From Candidatus Woesearchaeota archaeon (GTDB taxonomy: Archaea; Nanobdellota; Nanobdellia; Pacearchaeales; GW2011-AR1): a stretch of 60,862 nt of DNA. This document shows, in pieces, positions 29,615 to 40,800 of this stretch. Under the pieces are notes generated by a model, which did not search any database, was not told the origin of the DNA, and worked only from the letters and a program-made list of their open reading frames with translations. The translations under genes were made by a program, and so were the position numbers. How positions within the stretch are numbered: position 1 is the stretch's first letter; each line of letters starts with the position of its first letter. The stretch lies in NCBI GenBank assembly GCA_964358765.1, contig CAYHPN010000002.1, positions 1 through 60,862 on the forward strand. The letters are read 5' to 3'.

Positions 29615-31138
29615 ATGGAAATTAAAAATAAAATAATAAGCAAGAGAATAATTTTCTTAGTGATAACTATCTTTTTTGCAATTATTCTTTTGAATAAAAT
29701 AGGCGCACAAAGTTTGCCATTATCAATTCATGGAGAAGTTTTTGATTTAGACGGAAACAAAATAAATGAAAGCGTTTGGATTAAAATAAATGATACAACT
29801 TCAGGATATTATGCACAAGGAAAAAGCGGGACTTTTTACAATAAAGGAAAATATTCAGCAAGTGTCCAAGGAAATAATGGAGATAATGTTATAATAACTG
29901 CCTCAAACGGCTATCATGATGTTAGTTATGTTATTAATTTGCAAGGAAGCTTAAGAAACGTTAGTTTGTACTTGAATATGAGTAAACCTCCTAAGGTAAA
30001 TAGACCTCCGGAAATTATTTCGGAACCTTTAAGAGAAGCCTTTAGCGGAGTATTTTATACATATGATGTAAATGCGATTGATGCGGATGGAGATGAATTG
30101 ACTTATTCTCTAATTGAGTCTCCAGCAAGGATGACAATTAATCCCACTAATGGAATAATTGAGTGGATGCCCAGATTCAGAGACATTGGCACTAAAAGAG
30201 TAAAAGTAAAAGTTGATGATGGTCAAAATGGAACAGATACGCAAGAATTTGGCATTAGAGTCAGATTAAGAATAAAAAATATTAATATTAGCGATTATTA
30301 CAGAGGTTTAATTAATAATGAAAGTTTGGATGAAAAAAGCTATATCTTAGATCTAAAACCTAATGAAAATTATAAATTTGGAAATGATATGATCCTAAAC
30401 GAAGTTAAACTTAATGAGATAAATGAAGAAACGTTTTTATTAATAAGAGAATTTGATAAAAAACCTGATGAAATAAAGAACACATTTAGAAGCGTTTATA
30501 GATATTTACAATTAAATTCACTTAATATTGAATCTGAGATAGTTGAGAATATAACTTTAATATATAAGATTGACAAAAACTGGATGAAGACTCAAAAAAA
30601 TACCAAAGAAGAAATTGGAATTGCAAGATATAGCGAAGGTAACTGGTATTATTTTGTCCCAAAAATTATAAAAGAGGATGAAAATTATATTTATTATAAA
30701 GTTGAAATTAATGGACTTGACTATTTTGTAATATTTGCTGGAAAATTTAGAGATGTAAAGAAATTCGATAATTTAATTGAAATGCCTTATTTTGTTGTAG
30801 GTACGATATTTGAAAATGACGGAAAAACCCAGTCTGAAAGAAATAAAGAAATTAAAATATTAAATGAAAAGACAGGACAGGAAATAATAATATATTCTGG
30901 AATTGGACCGATGGATGGTGCTTATGCAACTTATATAAATGGGGAGCAGGGAGAGAGAATAATAATAAAAATTGGAGATAATGATAAATCGAGTTATAAA
31001 TTTACTTTAAATAATCAAAGAGGCAATGAGATTAATTTCAAAAAGAATATCCTGGGCAATTATAAAGCTAAGAAAGAAAATATTCTAAACTTAGAGATAT
31101 CTAATTTGATTAACTTTTTAGGAAATTTATTTAATTAA
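29615..31138 (+). CDS. Secreted protein with GPPG-like domains, a He_PIG/cadherin-like Ig domain and a PGF-pre-PGF-like domain
   Basis: NRPPEIISEP..YTYDVNAIDADGDELTYSL and VYRYLQL..YKIDKNWM..EDENYIYYKVEINGLDYFVI. It starts 1 nt after G1. Confidence 0.8.
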   Translation: MEIKNKIISKRIIFLVITIFFAIILLNKIGAQSLPLSIHGEVFDLDGNKINESVWIKINDTTSGYYAQGKSGTFYNKGKYSASVQGNNGDNVIITASNGYHDVSYVINLQGSLRNVSLYLNMSKPPKVNRPPEIISEPLREAFSGVFYTYDVNAIDADGDELTYSLIESPARMTINPTNGIIEWMPRFRDIGTKRVKVKVDDGQNGTDTQEFGIRVRLRIKNINISDYYRGLINNESLDEKSYILDLKPNENYKFGNDMILNEVKLNEINEETFLLIREFDKKPDEIKNTFRSVYRYLQLNSLNIESEIVENITLIYKIDKNWMKTQKNTKEEIGIARYSEGNWYYFVPKIIKEDENYIYYKVEINGLDYFVIFAGKFRDVKKFDNLIEMPYFVVGTIFENDGKTQSERNKEIKILNEKTGQEIIIYSGIGPMDGAYATYINGEQGERIIIKIGDNDKSSYKFTLNNQRGNEINFKKNILGNYKAKKENILNLEISNLINFLGNLFN

Positions 31139-31193
31139 TAGCATGCCATTTCATAAGATTTTATAAATTAAAATAAAAAAACAATAATTTTTA

Positions 31194-31337
31194 TTAGTGT
31201 TCTACTACGACAATTTGTCTTTTTTGATTTTTTACAATTTCTTCTCTTTTTTCAAACAATTGCTCTCGCTCCTCACTGAATATTTGTTTGACTTCATTAT
31301 CTGTAAAACCTAAATATTTGCTAATTGAAACTTTCAT
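31194..31337 (-). CDS. Small 47-aa ORF absent from the ORF track
   Basis: MKVSISKYLGFTDNEVKQIFSEEREQLFEKREEIVKNQKRQIVVVEH, preceded by AAGGAGGT and overlapping the end of the DUF2080-like gene. Confidence 0.55.
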   Translation of the reverse strand: MKVSISKYLGFTDNEVKQIFSEEREQLFEKREEIVKNQKRQIVVVEH

Positions 31338-31560
31338 TTTTTACCTCCTTTTTATTTCTATTTGGATTATCAAATACAATTACTCCAACTTTTTTATCAA
31401 GATACTCTTTAGATAAAACTACATGGGAGGAATTTCCGAAGGAAGTAGTCTGTCTTAGGATAGTTTGCGGTAGAAGTTCCTGGATCAGCTTATTTACATA
31501 TTCAATCTTCTCTGATATTTCAGAAAAAGTTTTCTGAATTTCCTTAGCTTTTGACACCAT
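31321..31560 (-). CDS. DUF2080/AbrB-like small DNA-binding protein
   Basis: Motif TTSFGNSSHVVLSKEYLDKKVGVIV. Confidence 0.75.
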   Translation of the reverse strand: MVSKAKEIQKTFSEISEKIEYVNKLIQELLPQTILRQTTSFGNSSHVVLSKEYLDKKVGVIVFDNPNRNKKEVKNESFN

Positions 31561-31580
31561 GTATATACATTTGTATATAC
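31561..31580. promoter_or_regulatory. Perfect inverted repeat abutting the start codon of the DUF2080-like gene
   Basis: GTATATACA-TT-TGTATATAC. Confidence 0.65.
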
Positions 31581-31674
31581 TCCTTTTTAAATGTTTTTAT
31601 CATTTAAATTTTATCGAAGAGAAAATATTTTTACCTAAAGTGAAATTCCTATTGACTTGCTTTGAGTCATCTAA

Positions 31675-31803
31675 ATATTAACTGATTACAACTTATTGCC
31701 TTGGCACCTATTTAATTTAAAAATTCCACATTAATCTTTTATTTTATCCACATTCGTGGTTTAATCCACTAATCTGCTTTGAGGTATTACTGATAATGAA
31801 AAT
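31675..31803. repeat. Conserved ~130-bp non-coding element, copy 1
   Basis: Collinear with 59005-59134 and roughly 80% identical by eye. Confidence 0.85.
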
Positions 31804-34800
31804 TAAGTAACTTCTGTATAAAATACTACTGAAGAAGTTTGAGTAGTTCTATACTCTCTTAATCTTGCTGGTATCCTAATTTCATAATCGTAAGTGCCGT
31901 AAGCTCCGGTTTTATCTTTATTAATTTGAGTTGAAAAAATTAAATCTTCTTTATCAGTTATATCAAATTGGGAATTATTTGTTGCATTGTTATCTGACAT
32001 ATCCCAAAGAATACCTGTATAAAAATTTGTATTATTTGTTGAATTTGCTATTGGCACATTATTTACATAAATATTAAAAACAAGATAATTTGTAATATTT
32101 CGAGGAGAAGTTCCGTTAGAAAATAGGGTAGTTACTGAATCTGTATAATTAGTCATGTTAAGAAGTGAATCTATATCTGAAAAATCATTTGTTGTGTTTT
32201 GATTTGTTGTATTTTTGCCTATAGCTTGTAGAGTTGCCCATGAAACTATTGACTCTGAATCGGTTACATATATATTTCCGGTATCAAAATTAACCGACTC
32301 CCACCTAACTACGCTATTATTTTGTGAATCTGCCAGATCATATTTTGTATTAGAATTAATTTCCCCATAGACGAACTGCCATGCTCCGGTAGTTATAGAA
32401 TTATTTGCAATATTATTTGTTTCTGTCCATTCTTCAATTGATCCATTAGATGAATAAGGAGGGTCCACAACGACAAAAATTATATTAGTACCAAGTTCTG
32501 CACTCCAAACTATAGAAGCTGTTGTTTGAGATAATGGAGATAAAACTGCAATGGTCTGATTACTTCCTATTTGCCTGCCAGTTGTCCTAGGATCTCCATT
32601 GTAGAATGCTATAGTAATATTAGAAACTGTTACATTTACTAAATTATAAATTGTTGCATTAATTAAAACGCTGTCATTCTCTGAAGGAGAAGTGGTATTG
32701 AAATTTATACTAGTTGAGTTAACCATTAAGTCTGCAAGTGTGACATTATACTGCCATTTACTAGACCAACCTCTATTTCTTGCATCATCAACACAAGAAA
32801 CATTCCAGGAGTGTGCACCTAATGCGTGATTATAAACTGTTCTTGAAACTATAGATCCATTTGTTAGATTTATGCTTGAGAGATTTAATGAATTATCTAT
32901 ATAGAAGTTACAAGAAAGATTTAAGTCTGCATCTAAATTATCAAATGCTGTGAAATTAAATATTACTGCTCTTAACTGATTAGTGTTATTTTCTGGAGTA
33001 ATTAAAGTAATATTAGGAGCAGTATTATCTATTGTGAAATTGTTTAATTGTGCCGTAAAAAGATTAAAGTCTGGAAAAATGTCAGTACATGCTACGGTCC
33101 AATTATGAATTCCTTCTGAAATTCCATTAACTGTGAAAGAATTATTTGCATTAGCTGTAATAGTTCCTGATGAAGAATTTATAGCATTATCTATGATTAA
33201 TGAACAGTTAAAGATGCCAATTGCATCTGATGGATAGTAAATAAATGTTAAATTATTAATATTTGAAATGTTGCCATTTTGTGGAGATTGTAGAGTTACA
33301 TTTGGAGGAGCTTCTACAGTGAAATCTCGTGTTTCACTAAAGTTTAAATTACCTGAATCATCAATACATTGAACATTCCATAAATAATTTCCGTCTGACC
33401 TTGTCACGTAATTGATAACTTCAGTTGCATTATATGATGGAATATTAATAACTACCATAGATTCGTCTATGCTAATATTACAAGTTAGATTTGTATCCAT
33501 ATTATCAAATGCCGTATAATTAATAGTTATATTATTAGTTGACAAAGTTGTTGTATTTGGAGGATAATTTAGAATTATTGATGGCTGTTTAGTGTCTATG
33601 GTTAAAACTCTAAATGAGGCATCTGTACCAACTAAATTTGTTAAATCTGAAACGTTTACTGTCCAAAGATATATTCCATCTGGAAGAGTAATGGCAAAAT
33701 TGTTTGTTGCGTCATTTAATAAAGCAGATTGATTAGTTTGATTATTTTGACCGTTTAGAATTAAAGTTGAATTTGCTAAATTATCATTTGAATCCGAAAT
33801 ATCATAGTAAAATATTGCTGAAGAAATATTTTGAAAAGTATTATTTATTGGGTCTCCTAATGCAACTGAAGGCCCTTGTTCAAGGCTAAAATTTCTAGTA
33901 ATACTTGTTATTCTATTTGATGAATCGTCAACGCAGGTTACATTCCAAATTTTTGTTCCACCGGTTGCAAATGTTATTGATCTATTTGTTAATGCTCCGC
34001 TTGTTACAGTAGAAGAATTTACAACTATGCTATTTACTGTAATATTACAATCCAGAGTAGTATCTATGTTATCAGTTGCATTAAAACTAAGATTTAAAGT
34101 TAATACGAATAAATTCGCACCATCTTGAGGGTAAATTAAACTAATATTTAGTCCATCTAAATCTACAGTAAATGATCTAATTTGGGATTGATTTCTTAAT
34201 TGTATAGTATCATTACATGCTGTGTACCAGGTATGAACTCCTTCAGAAATTCCTGAAACTGTAAAGCTATTTTGAACTCCGTTTGATATTGTATCATCGG
34301 TTTGATTAAAGGCATTATCTATATATAAATCACAATAATCTAATGCAGTGTTATCTGAGGGAGTATAATTTAAGATAAATGAAGTAGAGTTATAAAAACT
34401 GTTATTGGCCGTGTTTAAAGAAATCGAAGGATATTCAGTTATGTTTACTACCCAATTTTGTGAAATATTAAAGTTGCCTGCATCGTCAAAACAAGTTACA
34501 TTCCAGATTTTTTCTCCATCTGTAAAACCTGTAATCTGTCGATTTGTTAAACTTCCATTATTTGCTGCAAAGTTAAGGTCTGATTTTTCTCCGGCAGTTA
34601 GATTACATAATAAGATCGTATCGATTGAATCTATTACTGTGAAATTGAAGTTAACAGTTGATGAATTTGAATAAGAATTATTTGCTGGAAGATTTAAGGA
34701 AATATTTGGTGCCCTCTTATCCACCATAAATGTTCTAACTGAAAGATTTGTTGCGTTCAATCCTCCAGAATCGGTGACGTTTACTGTCCATGTATAAGTC

Positions 34801-37800
34801 CCTTCGTTTAAATTTAATAATGAGAAATTGTTATATTGGCCATTTAAAACGGCTGATTGATTTGTCATATTCAAATTGGAGTTTAAAACTAACTGTGCAC
34901 TTGAAAATCCGTTATTATCTGTTGCATTATAAATTAAAGTTATATTGCCTGTTGTAGAATATGAAAGATTTGAAGTTATTAATGAAACTAAAGGTGGAAG
35001 ATCTAAAATCGTGAAATTTCTAGTTAGAGAAGTATTCGTATTTAAAGCCTCATCAATACAAGTAACATTCCAGAAGTGAGTTCCTGTTGATAATGATGAA
35101 ATGGTCGTATTAATTAATGTTCCATTTGGTGAACTAATGCCTGAGAGCTGTACAACACTATCTATAGTTAAATTACAGGATAATGTTGTATCCATATTAT
35201 CAAATGCTGTGAAATTGAATTCAACATAACTTACTTGAAATGAGGAGTTAGCTTGCGGTGCTGATAAATTTATGGAAGGTTTTTGTGTGTCGATAAAGAA
35301 TGTTCTAAAAGATGTATTAGTTCCTTCTAGATTTGTGGCGTCAGTGACATTTACGGTCCAAGTATAAGTGCCACTTGCTAAATTTGTTAGGTTAAAACTG
35401 CTATTGCCTGCATTGTTTACTGCTGATTGATTTGTTTGATTTCTTAAACCATTTAGAATAAGTGTTGAATTAGCAATATTACTATTAACATCAGTGGTGT
35501 TGTAATTTATTGTTATGTTTGGAGTATTAAACCATGTTGCATTGCTTGGAGAAGTTAAATATATAACAGGAGCGGCTGCCGCTGCACCTCCAACAGTTAC
35601 AACCTGTGTGCTAGTTCCATTTGCTGAATCATAAGTTGAAACTGCGATACATCTTATATTATTTGTGGATAATGCGTTTCCATTTAATGAAAAATTGGAA
35701 GAAACTAGAGTAGTCGATAAATTTCCAAAAGAATGAGGATTTGTCTCACCTGGACTTAAAATTATATTTCCTGATGCATTTATATTGGTCCAATTCTCTG
35801 TTGAAGTATTTCTCTGAATATAAACTTGCGTATTTCTACAAGTACCTATTGAGCAATATGCCTGGCAGGTAACATTAAAGTTAGAATTTAACGAAGGCGC
35901 TGGATCGGAAGTTGGATATGATAAATTGACTCTTAGAAAACCCTCAGTTGATATGTTAATTGCAACAAAAGAAGAAGTTGGTGAATCCCAATCGTGAGTT
36001 ATTGTTCTTGTTGTACCTCCATTAGTATTAAATGCGTCTATAAGGTATAATAATCTGTCTGAAGGGCTTAGTCTTATATTTGAACTTATACAAGTAGTAT
36101 TTTGTCCGGTTATAGTTCCAGCTAGAGGAGTGCCAGAAGAACCGTCATCCCCATTTTGACATAATAAAGTGATTCCAGTACTATTTGAAATATATATTTT
36201 CCATGTTGCTTCAACATTTGCATGACTTGCAGAGAAACTAGACGAGAAATCAACCACGCTTCCATAAGGAATTACTGCTCCATTTGCCCCGATTATTTGG
36301 GTTGAAGCATTTACAATATTTCTTAAAGTAGAAGGAGGAATATTCCAGGTAACTGAATTTTGGGTTGTATCCTGAGAATTGTTTAATCTTATAACTGCTG
36401 TAACATTATTTGAAAAACTGCTTGTAAATGTTTCATAAAGTACTCTTTGGAAACTAATATCTGTGTAATTTACATTAACTGTTCTGTTGGCAGTTATATT
36501 TGTGTTTCCATACTGATCTGTGCAAGAGACACTCCATAAATACTGGCCGTTAGACAGGTAATGGTAAAATGTTTCGTTTACATCTTTAGAAATTGAAGAA
36601 CGGAATTCTGTAGGAGTTCCATCTGTATATAAAGTACAATTACCAATTGCAGAAGTATCAGTTACATTAAAAACAAAATAAAAGCTAAAACCATCAGTAA
36701 TATTTGAATTGTTTGCTGGAAAGACTAAAGAAACAAGCGGAGGAGTAACATCGACCGTAGTTGTTGTAAAATTATAAACTCCAGAAGAATTGCATCTTCC
36801 ATCTATACAAGAAGTAATGTTGAAAAAATAAGTTATTTGACCAGAGAGCCCAGTTAAATTGAAAGTGTGCGAAGTTTTAGGAAAATTATTTCCTAGAACT
36901 GTTCCTAATGATGGTGTAGTTCCATAGTTAATTGTTGAATTTGACTCTACATCTGTACTCCAGTTTACTTTAGCTGAAGAAATAGTAATTTGAGATACAT
37001 TGACATTAAATATTGAAGGTAAGCTGGTTGGACAGATTCCGGACCAGGAAGTACCGTTTGGATAAAATGCTTCCCATATTGCTTGAAAAGTAGTATTTGC
37101 GAATGAAACTATATAAGCATTTTCACAAAGCTGAATCTGTGTTGTAAATAATTCTGATGCTACATCGCTATATTGATCAGAATTCGACTCGACAGTATTT
37201 GTTTGTGAAATATTAGTTCCATTAATTATTAAAGTTTGAGCATATGTGCCTACATCAGTATTATCATCATACCATGAAATTACAAAATCATCTTGAGTTA
37301 TTGCAGAAACTCTAGTGTCTCTCCCAGTGTTTGGGTTGGCATCAACACTTGTTGTACTTACAGAAACCGTCCCATTAGGAAGATATACTTGAAAACTGAT
37401 TAAATTATCGTTTATATCTGACCAGCCTATTACAATCTTGCTTTCATTTATTGCTGCTACTGAAACTGATCTTGAATTTCCACCATTTGAATCTACTGTA
37501 ATTGCTGATGAAATGGCAGATCCAGAAAGACTATAAGTTTGAAAAAACACGTCATTGTTATTTCCACCATCATCGAACCACCCAACTGCAAATGCTGTCG
37601 AATTGATTGCTGAGACTTCTATGGATTGAGATGATCCTCCGACATTAGTGTCAACGTCAGTAGCTGAAAGAATAGTTGATCCAGAACTTGAATAAACTGC
37701 AACAGTATCATCTGAACTCCCTCCAGTACCTGTTTCATCATGCCAGCCCATTACGAAAGCAGTTGAATTTATTGCTGAAACTGAAACTGCGTAAGAATTT

Positions 37801-40800
37801 CCAGCAGATGTGTCTGCATTAACTATTCCGGTAGTATTTGATAAAGAAGAATTAAACATTTGGAATCTAATAGCATCATCTACAGAATCATACCATGCTA
37901 CTACAAAAAGATTTTTGGTTAAAGGAGTTATATCTACTGAATGACCTGCTCCATTTGCACTGCAAGCTCCCGCGCTTGTATCGACATCGTAAGGCTGATA
38001 TAATAATTTCCCTGAAGTATTGAAAACAGCTGATGAAATATCATCTTCAGTGTCGTCGCACCATGCTACCAATAGTTTATCAAAATCCAAAGGCGCATTT
38101 GCAACCGAAGTGACGGAATTATTAGAAAATTGACTTAATGTATAAAAATTCGTAATAAATGAGGATTGATCATATTTTGTAGAGTCATTTACACTTGTAA
38201 CATTAAAAGAAATTGTATAAACATTTGATGTTTGTGCAGACGTATTAATTTCAAAGAAAATAGTCGTACCATTTTGAATATTTGTGAAATAAGACTGGTT
38301 TAATGTAGCATAAGATGCGCCAGAGACATTCGAAATATTTACAATGTAATCGCTTGCGACAGTTCCATTATTTGTAAAATTTAAAATATATCTTACGTTG
38401 GTGTTGACTGACCAGATTTGCTGTGTTACTGGCTCTCCTATGATTGGAGTTCTGTCTCCATCAGTAGTTGTGAAATTGTGAGTTCCAGTAGTATTGCATC
38501 TTCCTTCGAAACAAGAGGTAACATTGTAATAATATAAGGTATTAGAAGACAATCCTAATAAAGTAAAAGCCCTATTTAATACTGGGTTGTTACTTGATTG
38601 AATTGTTCCAAGACTCTGAGTTGCTCCATAGTTAATTGTTGAATTTGCTAAAATGTCCGTTGTCCAGTTTACAATTGCAGATAAACCCGTAATTGATGAA
38701 ACAGTTAAGTTTAATATTTGAGGGACATTTGTTGGACAGATTCCGGACCAAATTGTACCGTTCGAATAAAATGGCTTGAAAAAACCTTGAGTTGAAATGT
38801 TCGATATTGCAACAACAAAATTATTTTCACATAATTGAATTCCAGTGGAATACTCTTCTGAAGCTACATCTTGAAAGGACAAAGTAGTAGTCTGAATGAC
38901 CGTTTCTGATGATAATTGAGTTAAATCAGTAAGCAAGGTTTGGGCAGAAACACCAACATCTGTGCTTGAATCATACCAAGATAAAACAAATCTATCTTCT
39001 GCAAGGGAAGAAACTCTAAGAGGTCTTCCCGTATCTCCAACATTTGTATCTATATCCTGGGTTCCGCTAATTGAAGTTGATAAAGTTGTAATTGTGGAGA
39101 AAGAGGCATCATTAACCGGAGTTCCTCCCCCGCGATCCACCCAAGACAAAACTGCCAAAGAAGAATTTAATACGGAAATAGAAACTGACTCGGAAGTACC
39201 TGCTCCACCATCTACATCAAAAATAGAAGAAAGTGCTGTTCCAGAAACTGAATAAGTAATAACACTCGCATCATTTTGGCCTCCATCAAACCAAGCGAAC
39301 ATAAAAGCAGTCGAATTTATTGCGGATACATCTACAGAATTTCCTGTAGTTCCCGAATCTGTATCGGCATCAGTTTCTACTGAAATAGCTGTTCCGGAAG
39401 AAGTATAAGTTCTAAAAGTTGAATCTGATGAAGTAGCATCATACCAACCTAATATGAATGCTGTTGAATTAAATGCTGAAGCGGAAACTGCTGCCGAAGC
39501 TCCTGAATCTGAATCAACATCAACATTATCTGTAAGATTGGATAAAGAGGAATTTAAAATTTTAAAAGTTATATCTGAATCGACTGAATCGTACCAAGAA
39601 ACAACAAAATTGTTTGAATCTAATGCGGAAACTGAAACAGAATAACCAACGGAATTTGCTGTGCAACTCCCAGCAGTTGTATCAACATCGTAGATTTGCT
39701 CCTGCAGTATTCCTGATGTATTAAAAATGCCTAAAGAAATATCGTCATCCGTGTCATCGCACCAAGCAATAATCACTTTATCATAATCGAATGGAGCAAC
39801 GGAAATTGAGGTAATATTATTTGAAGAAAATTGAAATGCTTGTAGGAATGTTGTTTTAAAGGATGCGGAATCTCTAAATGTAGTATCATTTATACTTGTT
39901 ACGTTCAAAGTAATATTTATGGTGTTTAAAGTAGATGAAGATATATTTAATTCTAAAAATACAGTAGAACCTGGGGCAATATTGTTGAAGCTCGATTGGT
40001 TAAGTGCTATATAAGACGCACCAGAAGTATTTGTAAAGTTAACCATGTAATTATTTGATGCTGTTCCGTTATTTGAGAAATTAAGGTAATAAATTACATT
40101 TTGATTAACAGTCCAAGTTTGATTCGTAATAGGATCACCAATAACTGGAGTGTAATTTACTAAATATTTAGAGAAAATCAAAGATGTTGAATAATTAACA
40201 TTTCCAACAGTATCATTACAATATGCCCTTATTGTGTAACTTCCATCTGCGATGGAAGAGTTTGTTGCATTGAATCCTGTATTAGATGAATTGGCAGTCA
40301 TTGTGTAATTAAAGACTCCTGAATTTAAAGTGTATCTACAGTTACCTGCTTCATTTAATGTAAAGTTGAATGGGATGGATGAAGAAGTATAAGTTATATT
40401 TTGAGGATTAACAATTGTAACTTGAGGGGGGATTGAATCGACACCAAAATACCTTATTCCAGAAGAGGAATTCATATTTCCTTCAGTATTGTTACATGCA
40501 AAAACAACAGTATGGGAACCTTGCGACATAGAAGAATTTGTATAGTTAAAATATGTACTATTAAACTGAGTCATTGAGATATTTGATGCACCATTTAAGG
40601 ATAAACCGCACCAACTTCCAGCCATGTTTAAAGAAGTATTGAAATTTATTATAGTAGTTGTGTAATTTTGACTCAATGGAGACACAATTGAAATTGTTGG
40701 TTTAGGCAGAGGAATAATCGTTACATTTCCTGTGCTGTTAACCCAGGAAGTATAATTTATACTGTCAAAATATCTAAGTGCACAAGACCAATTTTGACCA

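Noticed and set aside
31675-31803. C/D-box sRNA or hammerhead ribozyme call for the 130-bp element
   Set aside because: Only partial motifs (TGATTA, CTGA, CTGATAA); the length is atypical and the required stems are not evident.
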